The notes under the pieces are model-generated. The model had not been told where the DNA came from. It searched no databases and worked only from the letters and a program-made list of their open reading frames with translations. From NCBI GenBank assembly GCA_964187785.1, contig OZ076409.1:63614001-63678000 (forward strand): DNA of 64,000 nt. Reading direction: 5' to 3'. Shown here piece by piece: positions 39,653-61,637 of the stretch (its first letter is position 1; each line of letters starts with the position of its first letter). The translations under genes and the position numbers were made by a program. The DNA comes from Amphiscolops sp. MND2022. Lineage: Eukaryota.

Positions 39653-41570
39653 CAGGCATTTCAAGCGCTTGAATTTCTAAAGATTGAAGATTGATTTTCT
39701 ATTTTAGGATTGAGATTGGAATTGGTCATATGATTGAGAAAAAACTAGAATTTCGAGGTCATAATCAATTTTTGACGTAGATTTCGAATATAAGGTAATT
39801 TTTGACCAAGAATTTGAATTTCTACTAGAAAATTAAAAGTCCTGAACCCGAATTGTTTGAATAATTTAAACTACTTTTAACCGAGTAATCTAAGACAATG
39901 TTTCATGTAACATTTATTGAATAAACAAAAAAAAACGAGCGAACAAATTATTCTTGCAATTAGTGCTCATTTTTACGCAAGTATACATTTCGGTGATGAT
40001 TTTCCGGTGGTGTCAAGCGACCTTGAAGGTAATTCTTAGATATCCGAGAAGTTGAAAATAATCGTTCCGTATCAACTGAAGTGGGACAGAAATTCTTCAT
40101 GAACGCTTTAACTTCAAATTTTGAGGTTTGTATTTCTTGATTAAAATCGGCGATTGAACTAATGGAGCACTGCAGATATATATGATCGCTTGAAGCAGGT
40201 TGTACCAACTGCCTAGTGCCCTCTTGTACACTTTGTTTTACCAAACTATAAAAACCACCCGATTTGTGTAAAAGGGCGTCAACAAGTGAATTACCATCAA
40301 CCCACTTAGATAATACAGACAAAATTGGTGAATTCATTGCAGGAATTAGGCTGGAGAAATGGCGCAATTACTTGATTATCCGAATGGCTACTTCCGCGTC
40401 AGTATTCATACTTTGTAAATCCATTGTAACCATCTTCAAGGGCTCTAAAATGTTACATAAATGCTGAAGTTTGTCCTAATTGAAATCGGCCGGAAACTCG
40501 TCCTCAGTCAGCACCATTGGAAAGTAGTCTTTCAATTCAATGAATCTCCTAATCATGGATAAAAGAAAATTCCAACGAGTGCAGTTCTCTTTAATAATGC
40601 TCAGATTGCTTCCTAATCGAATGGCAGGCAACCGGTCGTGTCTCTTGTTTTCATGAAACAAATCAACTGCATTTCGTACGTTTTCGATAATTCCAATAAA
40701 AGAACCAGCCGGGGGCTCGTCATCTTCTTCATTTCCATCAAAATCAGTGTCAGATTCATTACCAATATTGGAATTCGAATTTTTAACCATTAGGTTAACA
40801 ACATGGGCCAGACATGGAAGATTGTACCAACCCATATTATCTGAGACTTTTTGTACATCGGAACCACAATCGGTTACACACACAATGCTATCTGAGATAT
40901 CCAGGGATATATTGAGACTGTTGTATGTGACTTTGCTGTAGTTGAGTGATTTGAACATCTCTTGTAAAGTTTCGGAATTCACGACAGCTGTGATTGCAAA
41001 ACCGTCCCCATACACAAGTCTGTAGACTTTGTTAAGACCATTTTTTTCCTCAACTTTTGCAACTGCATACTGCAATGCCGGTTGGTCTGCTGGTTGCTTG
41101 ATATCCTGTTTATTCGTACATAACTCTTTGTGCCGATGAAGTTCAGTGGTTCCGGAATTCGGACACTTCACAATGGTGGAACACTTGATGCACTTTCTGA
41201 CATCCGTTTTTCTTCCATTCACAAATTGAACGAAAAGGAACTTATGCACGTCCGAGCCTTTTGTATTGCACAAGCGGAACTCAACCAGTATCCGTGACGT
41301 ACTTGGACCTGCTTCTGCTCCATTTGAAGAATTCTCGCCGTTGTCTTCCACTACATGCATATCTGCCATCTGAAAAACAAATGAAAAGACTAGACATGAT
41401 CAATGTCATGTAACGCGCACTCATTTTACGAATTTTCACTGGCTATTGCAGAAGAAAGTCAAAGTCAAAAGCAGGATTGAGATTGGGATTGAACCTAAAA
41501 TTTTTGTAAGGAAGGGATTGGGTTGGGTTTGAATAGGAAAAGATTGAGTTTGAGATTGGGTTTGGTGGAT
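39653..41570 (-). mobile_element. hAT transposon body with transposase pseudogene (ORF 40476-41369 plus 39960-40367)
   Basis: BED finger (CIKC...LHRH), CVTDCGSDV, CLAHVVNL, TRWN and PTSVDTERLFS. Terminus caggcatttcaa at 39653 follows the 8-bp TSD attccagc. Confidence 0.88.
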
Positions 41571-41787
41571 TCCGGACGTTTCGGCAAAAGACGTCTCGGC
41601 AAAAACATGGCGGCGGACGTTTCAGCAAAAAAAGTATGCCGAAACGTCTCAGGCTAAAACCGTTTACCGAAACGTTTCGTATTATATGATGGACATATCC
41701 GGAGTATGCACGCTCGCCCTCACCATCGCAAAGACCATCTCCCACTACGATTGCTTCGCGATCTCCGTTCCCGCTAGGTCTTTGCTC

Positions 41788-42324
41788 AGTATATGCCCTT
41801 TTTGCTGAATCCCATTTTGCCAAAGCCCACTTTGCCGAATGCATGGGACATTTTGCCGAATGTTTTTTCGGCAAAGTGCGCATCGAAATTCGGCAAAGTG
41901 GGCAAGGCAGATGTCTACATCTGCAAAAACAGACTTTTAAAGCTATAAAGTTATTCAAAGTATAAAACGTGTCTCGGATATGTCCCCATTTCCTCTAGTG
42001 CCCCGCGGCCCCTTGGGGCCGCTTATGTTCCAATCTTGCTAAGCGCGGTCGAACAGGAGCAAAGACCTAGCGGAAACAGAGATCGCGAAGCGATCGTAGT
42101 GGGAGCTGGTCTTTGCGACGGTGAGGGCGAGCGTGCACACATCGGATATGCCCCACATATTATTTTCGCTTTCAAAAAGTGTTTTTGCAGATGTAGACAA
42201 CTGCCTTGCCCATTTTGCTGAACTTCGATGCCCATTTTGCCGAAAAAAATTGGGCAAACTGGGCAAGGTAGGGACACATTGCCGAATTCGGCTAAATGGG
42301 ATTCGACACACTGTCCCAAATTCC
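41788..42324. mobile_element. ~537-bp foldback MITE family B, copy 1 (others at 44658-45196 and 46078-46971)
   Basis: Long imperfect TIRs built of tttgccgaa/ttcggcaaa repeats and acatctgcaaaa/ttttgcagatgt. Internal hairpins gcggccccttggggccgc and gatcgcgaagcgatc. Confidence 0.75.
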
Positions 42325-42866
42325 CGATTATATGAACTCTATGACAAGGTAGAAAGGCCAGCTAGCTGTTTTTATCTCCATTTTGCGAAAAAGTCTTCGT
42401 TACAGTCCCCCACGACATCCTGATTCAGAAAATAGACATTTATGGAAGTGGCGGAAAGCTGCGTTTCATTAGAAATTCGTAGCTGACAGATAGAAAACAA
42501 TACGTTCCTATGGAGGAGAGCAGGTCTACTCCAAAAGCGGTGACGAGTGGAGCCCCACAGGGGTCTATCTCTGAACCTCTCCTCTTCCTACTATTTATAA
42601 ATGATCTCCCTCAAATACTAAATGAAGTTGATACCTTTTACTGTGGAGATGATTTCAAAGTGGTAACCCGAGAGCAAACTCAGCTAGATTATTCAACAAT
42701 AAAAACAGAAAACTGGTAGCATGCAAACAAAATGATGCCCAATATCAAGAAATTGAAACTTTTCAATCTGCGAGAACAGAACGCTACTCTAATGAATAAG
42801 TCCCTCTCAACTCTTCAAGTTCAACGCGATCTGGGAGTCAAGATCAACAACAACCTTAGCTGGAAT
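42325..42866 (+). mobile_element. LINE reverse-transcriptase fragment (duplicated at 45197-45736)
   Basis: YLHFAKAFVTVPH, SGAPQGSISEPLLFLLFINDLP, YCGDD and QRDLGV motifs. Confidence 0.85.
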
Positions 42867-43349
42867 CAGGCTATCCAATCTCAAACTCAATCTCGAACCC
42901 AAACGAGAACAGAACGTTTCGGCGAAGACGTTTCGGCAAAGACGTCTCGGCAAATTTTTCATACCAAAACGTCCCGTATTGTCTTGGTTTTGTTTTTGGT
43001 TTTCTACAAACTGCTCCTTCTTCTACAAACTGGTTAGGTCCAGATTGTATAATACTGGAACTGAAGAAAATTGTACCAACTGCCTAGTGCCCTCTTGTAC
43101 ACTTTGTTTTACCAAACTATAAAAACCACCCGATTTGTGTAAAAGGGCGTCAACAAGTGAATTACCATCAACCCACTTAGATAATACAGACAAAATTGGT
43201 GACTTCATTGCAGGAATTAGGCTGGAGAAATGGCGCAATTACTTGATTATCCGAATGGCTACTTCCGCGTCAGTATTCATACTTTGTAAATCCATTGTAA
43301 CCATCTTCAAGGGCTCTAAAATGTTACATAAATGCTGAAGTTTGTCCTA

Positions 43350-44440
43350 ATTGAAATCGGCCGGAAACTCGTCCTCAGTCAGCACCATTGGAAGGTAGTC
43401 TTTCAATTCAATGAATCTCCTAATCATTGATAAAAAAAATTCCAACGAGTGCAGTTCTCTTCAATAATGCTCAGATTGCTTCCTAATCGAATGGCAGGCA
43501 ACCGGTCGTGTCTCTTGTTTTTATGAAGTAAATCAACTGCATTTCGTACGTTTTCGATAATTCCAATAAAAGAACCAGCCGGGGGCTCGTCGTTTTCTTC
43601 ATTTCCATCAAAATCAGTGTCAGATTCATTACCAATATTGAAATTCAAATTTTTAACCATTAAGTTAACAACATGGGCCAGACATGGAAAAATGTACCAA
43701 CCCATAGTATCTGAGACTTTTTGTACATCGGAACCACAATCGGTTACACACACAATGCTATCTTAGATATCCAGGGATATATTGAGACTGTTGTATGTGA
43801 CTTTGTTGTAGTTGAGTGATTTGAACATCTCTTGTAAAGTTTCGGTATTCACGACAGCTGTGATTGCAAAACCGTCCCCATACACAAGTCTGTAGACTTT
43901 GTTAAGACCAATTTTTTCCTCAACTTTTGCAACTGCATACTGCAATGCCGGTTGGTCTGCTGGTTGCTTGATATCCTGTTTGTTCGTACATAACTCTTCG
44001 TGCCGATGAAGTTCAGTGGTTCCGGAATTCGGACACTTCACAATGGTGGAACACTTGATGCACTTTCTGACATCCATTTTTCTTCCATTCACAAATTGAA
44101 CGAAAAGGAACTTATGCACGTCCGAGCCTTTTGTATTGCACAAGCGGAACTCAACCAGTATCCGTGACGCACTTGGACCTGCTTCTGCTCCATTTGAAGA
44201 ATTCTCGCCGTTGTCTTCCACTACATGCATATCTGCCATCTGAAAAACAAATGAAAAGACTAGACATGATCAATGTCATGTAACGCGCACTCATTTTACG
44301 AATTTTCACTGGCTATTGCAGAAGAAAGTCAAAGTCAAAAGCAGGATTGAGATTGGGATTGAACCTAAAATTTTTGTAAGGAAGGGATTGGGTTGGGTTT
44401 GAATAGGAAAAGATTGAGTTTGAGATTGGGTTTGGTGGAT
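43350..44440 (-). pseudogene. Duplicate copy of the hAT transposase
   Basis: ORFs 43763-44239 and 43424-43753 are near-identical to 40476-41369, with an extra stop and a frameshift. Confidence 0.85.
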
Positions 44441-46077
44441 TCCGGACGTTTCGGCAAAAGACGTCTCGGCAAAAACATGGCGGCGGACGTTTCAGCAAAA
44501 AAAGTATGCCGAAACGTCTCAGGCTAAAACCGTTTACCGAAACGTTTCGTATTATATGATGGACATATCCGGAGTATGCACGCTCGCCCTCACCATCGCA
44601 AAGACCATCTCCCACTACGATTGCTTCGCGATCTCCGTTCCCGCTAGGTCTTTGCTCAGTATATGCCCTTTTTGCTGAATCCCATTTTGCCGAAGCCCAC
44701 TTTGCCGAATGCATGGGACATTTTGGCGAATGTTTTTTTGGCGAAGTGCGCATCGAAATTCGGCAAAGTGGGCAAGGCAGTTGTCTACATCTGCAAAAAC
44801 TGACTTTTAAAGCTATAAAGTTATTCAAAGTATAAAACGTGTCTCGGATATGTCCCCATTTCCTCTAGTGCCCCGCGGCCCCTTGGGGCCGCTTATGTTC
44901 CAATCTTGCTGAGCGCGGTCGAACAGGAGCGAAGACCTAGCGGAAACAGAGATCGCGAAGCGATCGTAGTGGGAACTGGTCTTTGCGACGGTGAGGGCGA
45001 GCGTGCACACATCGGATATGACCCACATAATATTTTCGCTTTCAAAAAGTGTTTTTGCAGATGTAGACAACTGCCTTGCCCATTTTGCTGAACTTCGATG
45101 CCCATTTTGCCGAAAAAAAAATTGGGCAAATTGGGCAAGGTAGGGACACTTTGCCGAATTCGGCTAAATGGGATTCGACACACTGTCCCAAATTCCCGAT
45201 TATATGAACTCTATGACAAGGTAGAAAGGCCAGCTAGCTGTTTGTATCTCCATTTTGCCAAAGCCTTCGTTACAGTCCCCCACGACATCCTGATTCAGAA
45301 AATAGACATTTATGGAAGTGGCGGAAAGCTGCGTTTCATGAGAAATTCGTAGCTGACAGATAAAAAACAATACGTTCCTATGGAGGAAAGCAGGTCTACT
45401 CCAAAAGCGGTGACGAGTGGAGCCCCACAGGGGTCTATCTCTGAACCTCTCCTCTTCCTACTATTTATAAATGATCTCCCTCAAATACTAAATGAAGTTG
45501 ATACCTTTTACTGTGGAGATGATTTCAAAGTGGTAACCCGAGAGCAAACTTAGCTAGATTATTCACAAATAAAAACATAAAACTGGTAGCATGCAAACAA
45601 AATGATGCCCAATATCAAGAAATTGAAACTTTTCAATCTGCGAGAACAGAACGCTACTCTAATGAATAAGTCCTTCTCAACTCTTCAAGTTCAACGCGAT
45701 CTTGGAGTCAAGACCAGCAACAACCTAAGCTGGAATCAGGCTATCCAATCTCAAACTCAATCTCGAACCCAAACGAGAACAGAACGTTTCGGCAAAGACG
45801 TTTCGGCAAAGACGTCTCGGCAAATTTTTCATACCGAAACGTCCCGTATTATCTTGGTTTTGTTTTTGGTTTTCTACAAACTGCTCCTTCTTCTACAAAC
45901 TGGTTAGGTCTAGATTGTATAATACTGGAACTGAAGAAAATTGATAAGACCATTAGTGTAGGGATGATGCGAAGCATAAAACGTGCATCGGATATGTCCC
46001 CATTTCCTCTAGTGCCCTGCGGCCCCTTGGGGTCGATTATATTCCCATCTTGCTAAGCGAGGTCGAACAGGAGCAAA

Positions 46078-46971
46078 GGAATATGGGACAGTTTGCCGAA
46101 ACCCATTTTGCCGAATTCGGAATTAATTTTTTTTCGGCAAAGTGGGCATCGAAATTCGGCAAAGTGGGCATCGAAATTCAGCAAAGTGGGCAAGGCAGTT
46201 GTTTACATCTGCAAAAACCGTTTTTTGAAAGCGAAAATATAATGTGAGGCATATCCGATGTATGCACGCTCGCCCTCACCGTCGCAAAGACCAGCTCCCA
46301 CTACGATCGCTTCGCAATCTCCGTGGGTGGGCGGAAGTAGGTCGAAGGAACGGGATCGAAAATCAGAGTTAGTCCTCAGGTCGACAGACCAAATTTTTTG
46401 AATGGGATCGAAACAACTCGGATCGAAATTTTTATAACGTAGTCAGATATGTTCACATACCCCTAGTGCCCTGAATGCAGGAGCGAAGCGAAGCGGAGCG
46501 ACGTGCCATATGGCCATGCCTCAATGTTGCTACTTGGCGAAGGGAGCGAAGCGACCGAGCCATACAACAAATACGATAAAATTCGACCGCATTCCATTCG
46601 ATCCCTGCAATTTGATCACAAGGTTCGACCTCTGTCCTTTCGACCAGAAAAACTCGACCTATTTACAGCCACCCATCTCCGTTTCCGCTAGGTCTTTGCT
46701 CCTGTTCGACCTCGCTTAGCAAGATTGGAACATAAGCGGCCCCATGGGGCCGCGGGGCACTAGAGAAAATGGGGACATATCCGAGACACGTTTTATACTT
46801 TGAAAAACTTTATAGCTTTAAAAGTCAGTTTTTGCAGATGTAGACAACTGCCTTGCCCATTTTGCCGAGTTTCGATGCCCAATTTGCCGAAAAAAAAATT
46901 CGGCAAAATGTTCCATGCTTTCGGCAAAGTGGGATTCGGCAAAATGGGATTCGGCAAAAAGGGCATATACC
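46078..46971. mobile_element. MITE family B copy (opposite orientation) with a nested family A MITE at 46325-46674
   Basis: Ends ggaatatgggacagtttgccgaa / ttcggcaaaaagggcatatacc. The nested 350-bp MITE has TSD atctccgt; 894-350-8=536 bp matches the family B length. Confidence 0.8.
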
Positions 46972-47100
46972 ATAATTGGTCAAGGAACACTAACAATTGG
47001 TTTGATGGGTGTCGGGTCACTAGTCCGAAAGAATAAAATTAAATCTTTATCGTCCAATAAGATTTCAGAAATCCAGCACAATAAGTACTTAGCACTGTAT
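46972..47100 (-). mobile_element. LINE RT fragment, upstream half of the RT at 45197
   Basis: ...FFRTSDPTPIK/QLLVFLDQL joins YELYDK across the family B insertion site. Confidence 0.65.
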
Positions 47101-47129
47101 AGTCGGATCTTCAGCTTGGCTGAGTGTTG

Positions 47130-48170
47130 TACCAAGCAAAAACCTCGGTCTGAAGTTGACACATCAGCAACTGCGCATCTCCTTATCCCTCCGCCTGGGT
47201 TCGAAAATTTGCGAGAAACAGACTTGCCGCTGCGGTAAACTTGTCGAAGAGAACGGACATCATGGTCTTTCCTGTGCCAGAAGCGCGGGACGTTTCTCGA
47301 GGCACCACAACCTCAATACTCTCGTGAAACAGGCGCTGAGTTCCATCAAAGTTCCCTCAATTTTGGAACCATATGGTCTGACCCGAACAGATGGAATGCG
47401 CCCAGATGGAATTACCCTAGCGCCCTGGGAGGAAGGCAAGCAATTAGTCTGGGATGTTACTTGTGTCGATCTTCTTGCCCCCAGTAGAATAGAGAACGGG
47501 TCTGTTGCCAACCCAGGCACAGCAGCGGAGGATGCAGAGGAATGGAAAACGGCTAAGTACGTTTGTTTGACTGACAAGGGGTGGGCGGAAATAGGTCGAA
47601 GGAACGGGATCGAAAATCAGAGTTAGTCCTCAGGTCGACAATATCAAATTTTTGAATGGGATCGAAACAACTCGGATCGAAATTTTAATAACGTAGTCAG
47701 ATATGTTCACATACCCCTAGTGCCCTGAATGCAGGAGCGAAGCGAAGCGGAGCGACGTGCCTTATGGCCATGCCTCAATGTTGCTACTTGGCGAAGGGAG
47801 CGAAGCGACCGAGCCATACAACAAATACGATAAAATTCGACCGTATTCCATTCGATCCCTGTAATTCGATCAAGAGGTTCGACCTCAGTCCTTTCGACCA
47901 GAAAAATTCGACCTATTTACAGCCACCCACTGACAAGAATACATCTTCCAACCTTTAGCCTTTGAAATTCAGGGAGGAGTCGGACCTTTTACGTCTACCT
48001 TCTTGAAAAACCTCTGTGAAAAGTTGTGCGTGTGCAATCAAGAAAATAGAGCCGGGTCCTTTTTCAGGCAGAGACTCTCTCTCGCAATCCGGGTAGGCAA
48101 TGCGGCCAGTGTAGTTGGAACGGTTCGGGACGAAGACCACTTAAGCGAACTTTACTACTTGTAAATCCGC
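47130..48170 (+). mobile_element. CRE-clade non-LTR retrotransposon 3' fragment (CCHC plus restriction-like endonuclease), split by a MITE
   Basis: CRCG...HGLSC...RHHNLN...RPDG...WDVTC...EEWKTAKY. After the MITE it resumes with FQPLAFEIQGG...QRLSLAIRVGNAASVVGT. Confidence 0.85.
47579..47928. mobile_element. 350-bp MITE family A, copy 3
   Basis: 9-bp TSD actgacaag (47570-47578 and 47929-47937) and the same TIRs. A partial internal copy also lies at ~48531-48663. Confidence 0.88.
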
Positions 48171-48671
48171 GTTTTAATGTCCGTTTTGTTTCATTGAGAA
48201 ATATATGTCTTCTTTGCTTCGTAATCGTTACCAGTTCACATGCCTCTTTGAGTTTCTGAATTGAGGTTCCTCCTGGGTCCTTTGAACTCTCTGGTTGCAT
48301 GATCCTTTCCTTATTTTTTTAAATGTTTCCTATGTTGGTTGGATTTTTTTGTCTGCCGCCCGGGCTGGGGGCACATGATGAATACAGAAGCGTTTTTTAA
48401 GAAACGCTGATTGATGACGACGATCCAATTCTGATTGCCTGTATAGTTCTCTGCAATCTGATTGGTTGACGCGGGCGGACCGGATCGAAGTCCGTTCAAA
48501 GATTTTTAAAATGAGTTTTTCAATTTCCCCTAGTCAGCTATGTTCACATACTCCTAGTGCCCTAAATGCAGGAGCGAAGCGAAGCGGAGCGACGTGCCAT
48601 ATGGCCATGCCTCAATGTTGCTACTTGGCGAAGGGAGCGAAGCGACCGAGCCATACAACAAATATGAAGCA

Positions 48672-48770
48672 TTTTTTCGGACTTGTGCAACCCAAATTCA
48701 TTTTCGGATTTTTGCAACCCAAATTTATTTTCGGACTTGTGCAACCCAAATTTATTTTCGGACTTGTGAA
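48672..48770. repeat. 30-bp minisatellite (~3.3 copies)
   Basis: Repeated unit ttttcggacttgtgcaacccaaatt(c/t)a. Confidence 0.85.
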
Positions 48771-48810
48771 TAGCGGCCGTTTGATGTCTTTTATATATTT
48801 TTAGACAAAC

Positions 48811-48851
48811 ATGACTGATGATGATCTGTTCAAGGATCGAAAAGCTTTTCA
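48811..48851 (+). ncRNA. Minimal hammerhead ribozyme (probable Penelope 3' end)
   Basis: tga-CTGATGA-t-gatct(gttcaa)ggatc-GAAA-agcttt-tca, with palindromic gaaaagcttttc. Confidence 0.6.
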
Positions 48852-48864
48852 AAATTGCATTGTC

Positions 48865-49330
48865 TTTTCTGTTTCTCTAACAATTGGATTGTTGCTGATC
48901 TCCGTTTGCGGAAGCCAAATTGACTTCCGTGTAGTCTATCTTTGGTATGCTTGTAAATACCGTCAAATATGACTTTCCAGTATTTTTGAGCAGCAGCATA
49001 GTAAACTGATGGGTCTGTAGCAACTTACATCAGCCTTGTTGCCTTCTTTGAATATCGGCGTAACCTGAGAGAGTTTCCATATCTCTGGAAGAGAGCCTTT
49101 GTTGAGACAGGTTTGGAAGACTTGCACTATCTCTCAGGTGTTCAGAGGGTCGTTTTTTTCAATATTTTTAAAAACCTGGCTATCATTGCAGCTTTTTTGA
49201 AAGCTGTTTCTACTGGTCGGATAGTGGCTGGTATGAGTAGTTTGTTTGTTGTTTTTTGCTGCTACTAGGATAGTGGCTGGGGTGGGGTTTTCTCCTGGTG
49301 TGTGTCTGTTGTTCCCAACATGATGACACA
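48865..49330 (-). mobile_element. CR1/L2-like LINE fragment (RT N-terminal part)
   Basis: VFQTCLNKGSLPEIWKLSQVTPIFKEGNKADVSCYRPISLLCCCSKILES. Confidence 0.8.
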
Positions 49331-49481
49331 TGGCACTTGATTGATGACGAAGATCCATGATATTCGATAGTGGAAAACCATTTTAAAATCTGTGAGCATT
49401 GTATAATCTGTCATTTTTCAGAAGTATGAACATATTAATTTCTGAGATGAATTGATTGCGCGATGTAATATTCTTACGTAA

Positions 49482-58909
<9,428 letters not shown>

Positions 58910-60357
58910 ATGTGCCTGTGGCTGTGAACAAGGAGTGCGGCAGAAGTAACAACTAACTGACACAACTACTCAACTCCTGTAATTGGTGACTCCCTCCTTC
59001 CTTCCAAAATCTTTTCAACAAAGGACTTAGCGACACCATGTTCCTCACATCCAACGACACCCTTCCTTTCCATTAAATTGAAACAATGGGGCGCTCATGG
59101 AGACCCAACCTTTTTACCCCATTCCCACTAAGTCCACCCTGTGTTGTGATTTCTGCCATGCTGTTCCTGTTTCAGGCACTTGATGTACTTACTCGTAACT
59201 TATGCATGTTTGTTACTTAACTCACTTCTATGCTAATTATTCATTCTATGTAAGGAGCAAACAGGAGCTGCGAGATTTTTATAGTACTCCTATTATTCAA
59301 TAGATAGCTTTCACTATTTAAAAATGAGACGAACGAGCTAGCTTGTTTTTGCGTGAAATCTATTCTAAATGTAGTGAATCGTGAATTTCGAGCGTCAATT
59401 GAAGACGAATTATGCACTCATAATTTGCGCCCAATATGCAGTGGTGCAATATGCAATTAAAGGTGTTGAAATGAAGAACCTCAAGACTAGTTTTTCCCAA
59501 GCTTAGCTCTCGAAAGTCTTTGATTTCAGGCATTGTCAGTTAAATTCAACGTCAGTCGAAATGTATGAAAATATTGCGAATACTTGTCTCATGTTCTCAG
59601 AAATCTGAAGGTGTTTGTCGAGATGTTGAAATGGCTGAACATAACATATATATCTCATGAATTTTCTGCTACGATCATTTTGGTGCTAATTCATTTCTAA
59701 GATGAAATTATTTCTTTTCATGCCAGCCGCCGGCTGTTGTTTCTTACGAGTAGTCATTCACTATTCATGAACTTTATCGCCAAACGCCATCTTGTTTTGA
59801 TTGGCCACTTATCGACTCAACGAAAGGTATTATTTCCCCTTTGAACGTCCCTAGGCTCCCCAGAACTTCACGCCGAAGGACCAGTAAATGTTGACTTTGT
59901 TCTTAGAAATGAGAATTATTTTTGCTTTTGGCACTACTGGCGTGAAAAAACGATTGCTTCAGTTTCAAAATCCAAGATTTGTCGCTCACTGGTTAAAAGT
60001 CTCAGCTAGTTGCAAAATTTGCTTTATCGGTGCTGATTAAGAAACAACGGAACAGTTTTTTCCGCCAAAAGGACAATTTTCATTCATTTTTACGTAATTT
60101 TGAACAAAAATGAGTTACTTAACGCTTTTATTTTAATTGACGCGCTGAACTTTGATTGGGCAATAAACTAAATGTTTTCACGCCGCGTGAGTTCTCTGGA
60201 GCATAATTTGAATTTCCTAATTCTTGAACATCGTGAGAAACAAGGCGCTTTTCAATGTTCTTGACAATAACTAGCACTTTGCTTTTTGATCCGAATTCCC
60301 GAGTGAGTAGAATTATGGGCCTCGTACTACTAGAGTTGCAATTTTTGACTTGGGCTA

Positions 60358-60522
60358 CAGTCGGACCTCGGTTCACAACACCTCTTGGGAAGTCTCTCAT
60401 TGATTAAGTTGAAGTTTACGTTGTTTCGAACACTTATATGCTCGATTTTGATTCGTTTAGAAATCTAATTGCTGCATTACAAAAATCACCTGCCGATGAC
60501 ACGTTATAGCGAGGTCCGACTG
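60358..60522. mobile_element. 165-bp Tc1/pogo-type MITE
   Basis: TA-cagtcggacctcg ... cgaggtccgactg-TA: perfect 13-bp TIR with TA TSD. Confidence 0.8.
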
Positions 60523-61637
60523 TAGTTGTATTTAGCAAACAAGAAAGCCAAGTTAGTTGAACTCCTAAAGGAAAAATTACTTTTGGGATATTTTGCAATG
60601 GAAAAACGGTTTTTGGTTGGGGCGTGGAACAACTGCTCAACAATGTCATCGGTTGCAGTGTCAAGAAGGCATCACATCACGTTCGTTGTTTGCTGTCTCA
60701 TCATGTCTGAGCCCCACCCCTTTAAGTACCGAATTTTTCCAACCCTACCCCTTCTTACCTCAAATTAGGGGACATCGTCACTTCATTCCAGGTGATAATG
60801 TAATGACAAACAATTTTCGGTGCCATCCTTGAAGCTGGTTTGAAAAGTAAATTAATTACGAATGTCTTCTCTTCATATTTAATGCCTAATTGTTTCTTTG
60901 TGATTATCAGCCACTTTTTTTCGTAGATCCTGAATAATACATTTTTGAGGCATCATTTTAACCGTCATTTTTTGGAGGTTGCCCATGCGCAACACAGTTC
61001 AGTGACTTGATGAGGTTCTTGTTTAGTTCCATCAATGTGAAGTCCTTAATTTGGAAAGTAAAATAAGAATGATTACCTTGGCCAATCTTCGGGATCAAAG
61101 AATAGTTTTGATACCCAAATAAGTGATTTCGACTAAATCACTGCCAGTTCTGATAGTCGAAAAGTGTGATACAAAATACAAAATGGTACAGTGGCCTTGA
61201 TTTATTTGATCTGTTGTGAAGACCTAGTCTCAAACACCAGTAATTGATACTGGTCTTCAAACAGTGGAAATGCTGATTTAATTTCCATTGTTTTCACTCC
61301 GATTCAGTTGAACAGCAAATGCATCAAGACATGGTGGCTATTGTTTAATTAGAGGGACATACTTGAAGCTCGACACTTGGGATCATCATTGGCGCTTCTT
61401 TCAAAAAACCGGATTTCCTAGTTAAATGTATGCATTGAGTTTTTGTCATTGAAATTTGGATACTCATGCGCGCCAGAACTTTCGAAAAGTTCTCGAATTG
61501 TGTATATAAGTCGAAAAATGCGGCAATTTTGGTCCTCCCGGGACATTTTCGCATTTTCTGATTTTAGTCACATTCTGAGTAGTTACACTATTTCTTGTTC
61601 AAAAATGATGAACGGGCAACTTCAACAGTGCCTCACA

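Larger units (their letters stand above)
40200..45943. repeat. Tandem duplication of ~2.87 kb (40200-43073 and 43071-45943)
   Basis: Paired ORFs offset by ~2870 nt (41369/44239, 41958/44828, 43037/45907), with scattered SNPs between copies. Confidence 0.93.

Noticed and set aside
60530..61330. Possible decayed minus-strand LINE RT (ITYLGI-like motif)
   Set aside because: Too degenerate to support without a profile search.
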